A DNA stretch of 63,932 bases, the filler included, from Diploschistes diacapsis (taxonomy: Eukaryota), in NCBI GenBank assembly GCA_023645945.1. It is 29 parts of 29 records of this genome, joined end to end, with 100 filler letters (N's around TTAATTAATTAA, not from the genome) between each part and the next. Parts side by side here need not be neighbours in the genome. Positions count along the whole stretch, not along the records: positions 62,518 to 63,932 come from JALAIB010003138.1; 28 more parts are not named here. One strand, given 5' to 3'. The translations under genes and the position numbers were made by a program. Within the stretch, counting starts at the first letter, position 1; the number at the start of each line of letters is the position of its first letter. The notes below the pieces were generated by a model. It saw only the letters and a program-made list of their open reading frames with translations, was not told where the DNA came from and made no database searches. Below are positions 63,538 through 63,932 of this stretch, piece after piece.

Positions 63538-63932
63538 TGAGCAACCGAGCCCACGAAGGAAACCCCCCAACCACGCCATCTATCCATCGATAAATATTCA
63601 ACGCAAGATCCCACCGCTTCACACCACCATCCTTCCTTCCATGTCCGACCTCTCTACCCGACCGCCCGAAGCCCATTGTGAGCCGCGCGAAGTCCCCCCC
63701 AACAGAGCCAAGGAGAAGATCCAGGAAAAGCAAGAAATCTACTTCCTATGCTCCGACTTCTATGGCCGGGGGGTGTGTCCTATCTATATCCCACTTATCC
63801 ACCGGATTGTATGAGCGCAGTATTCCCGAAAGAACAGAGATCGTCGTCGGTCAGCAATAGATACGGTATACAGGGTATGCACGAAGAAAGAAGGCCGAGG
63901 GGCGGGTGGCCGGGCCAGAAAAGGGGGGGAGG

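Overview
Filamentous ascomycete (Pezizomycotina) draft assembly. The window is not contiguous: 29 contigs are joined by 28 artificial 100-bp linkers (44 N + TTAATTAATTAA + 44 N), so adjacency across linkers means nothing. One 21.3-kb gene-bearing contig (13742-35039) carries an SDR, a PTH11-like rhodopsin-domain membrane protein, a flavin monooxygenase, a pseudokinase-like ORF, an F-box pseudogene, RSM25 and SOG2. Four ~1.4-kb contigs carry host genes or gene fragments (BCKDH E2, prenyltransferase-alpha-repeat protein, MED9, MFS transporter). The other ~1.4-kb contigs are AT-rich, RIP-mutated nests of transposons: Gypsy chromoviruses, Copia, Tad1-like LINE, pogo/Fot1, a hAT-like MITE, a Helitron helicase, a RecQ helicase relic and a DUF3435 (Starship captain-type) recombinase relic. 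Most notable: (i) several divergent chromoviruses carry an antisense Zn2Cys6-like plus coiled-coil ORF between the chromodomain and the 3' LTR, visible only after manual RIP reversal; (ii) a fungal TRIM family occurs as complete, nested, solo and tandem-array forms; (iii) the RIP-like mutation hits CpA/CpT/CpC but spares CpG; (iv) a pogo MITE sits at the exact apex of a long palindrome. All calls come from reading the sequence by eye; no database searches were run.
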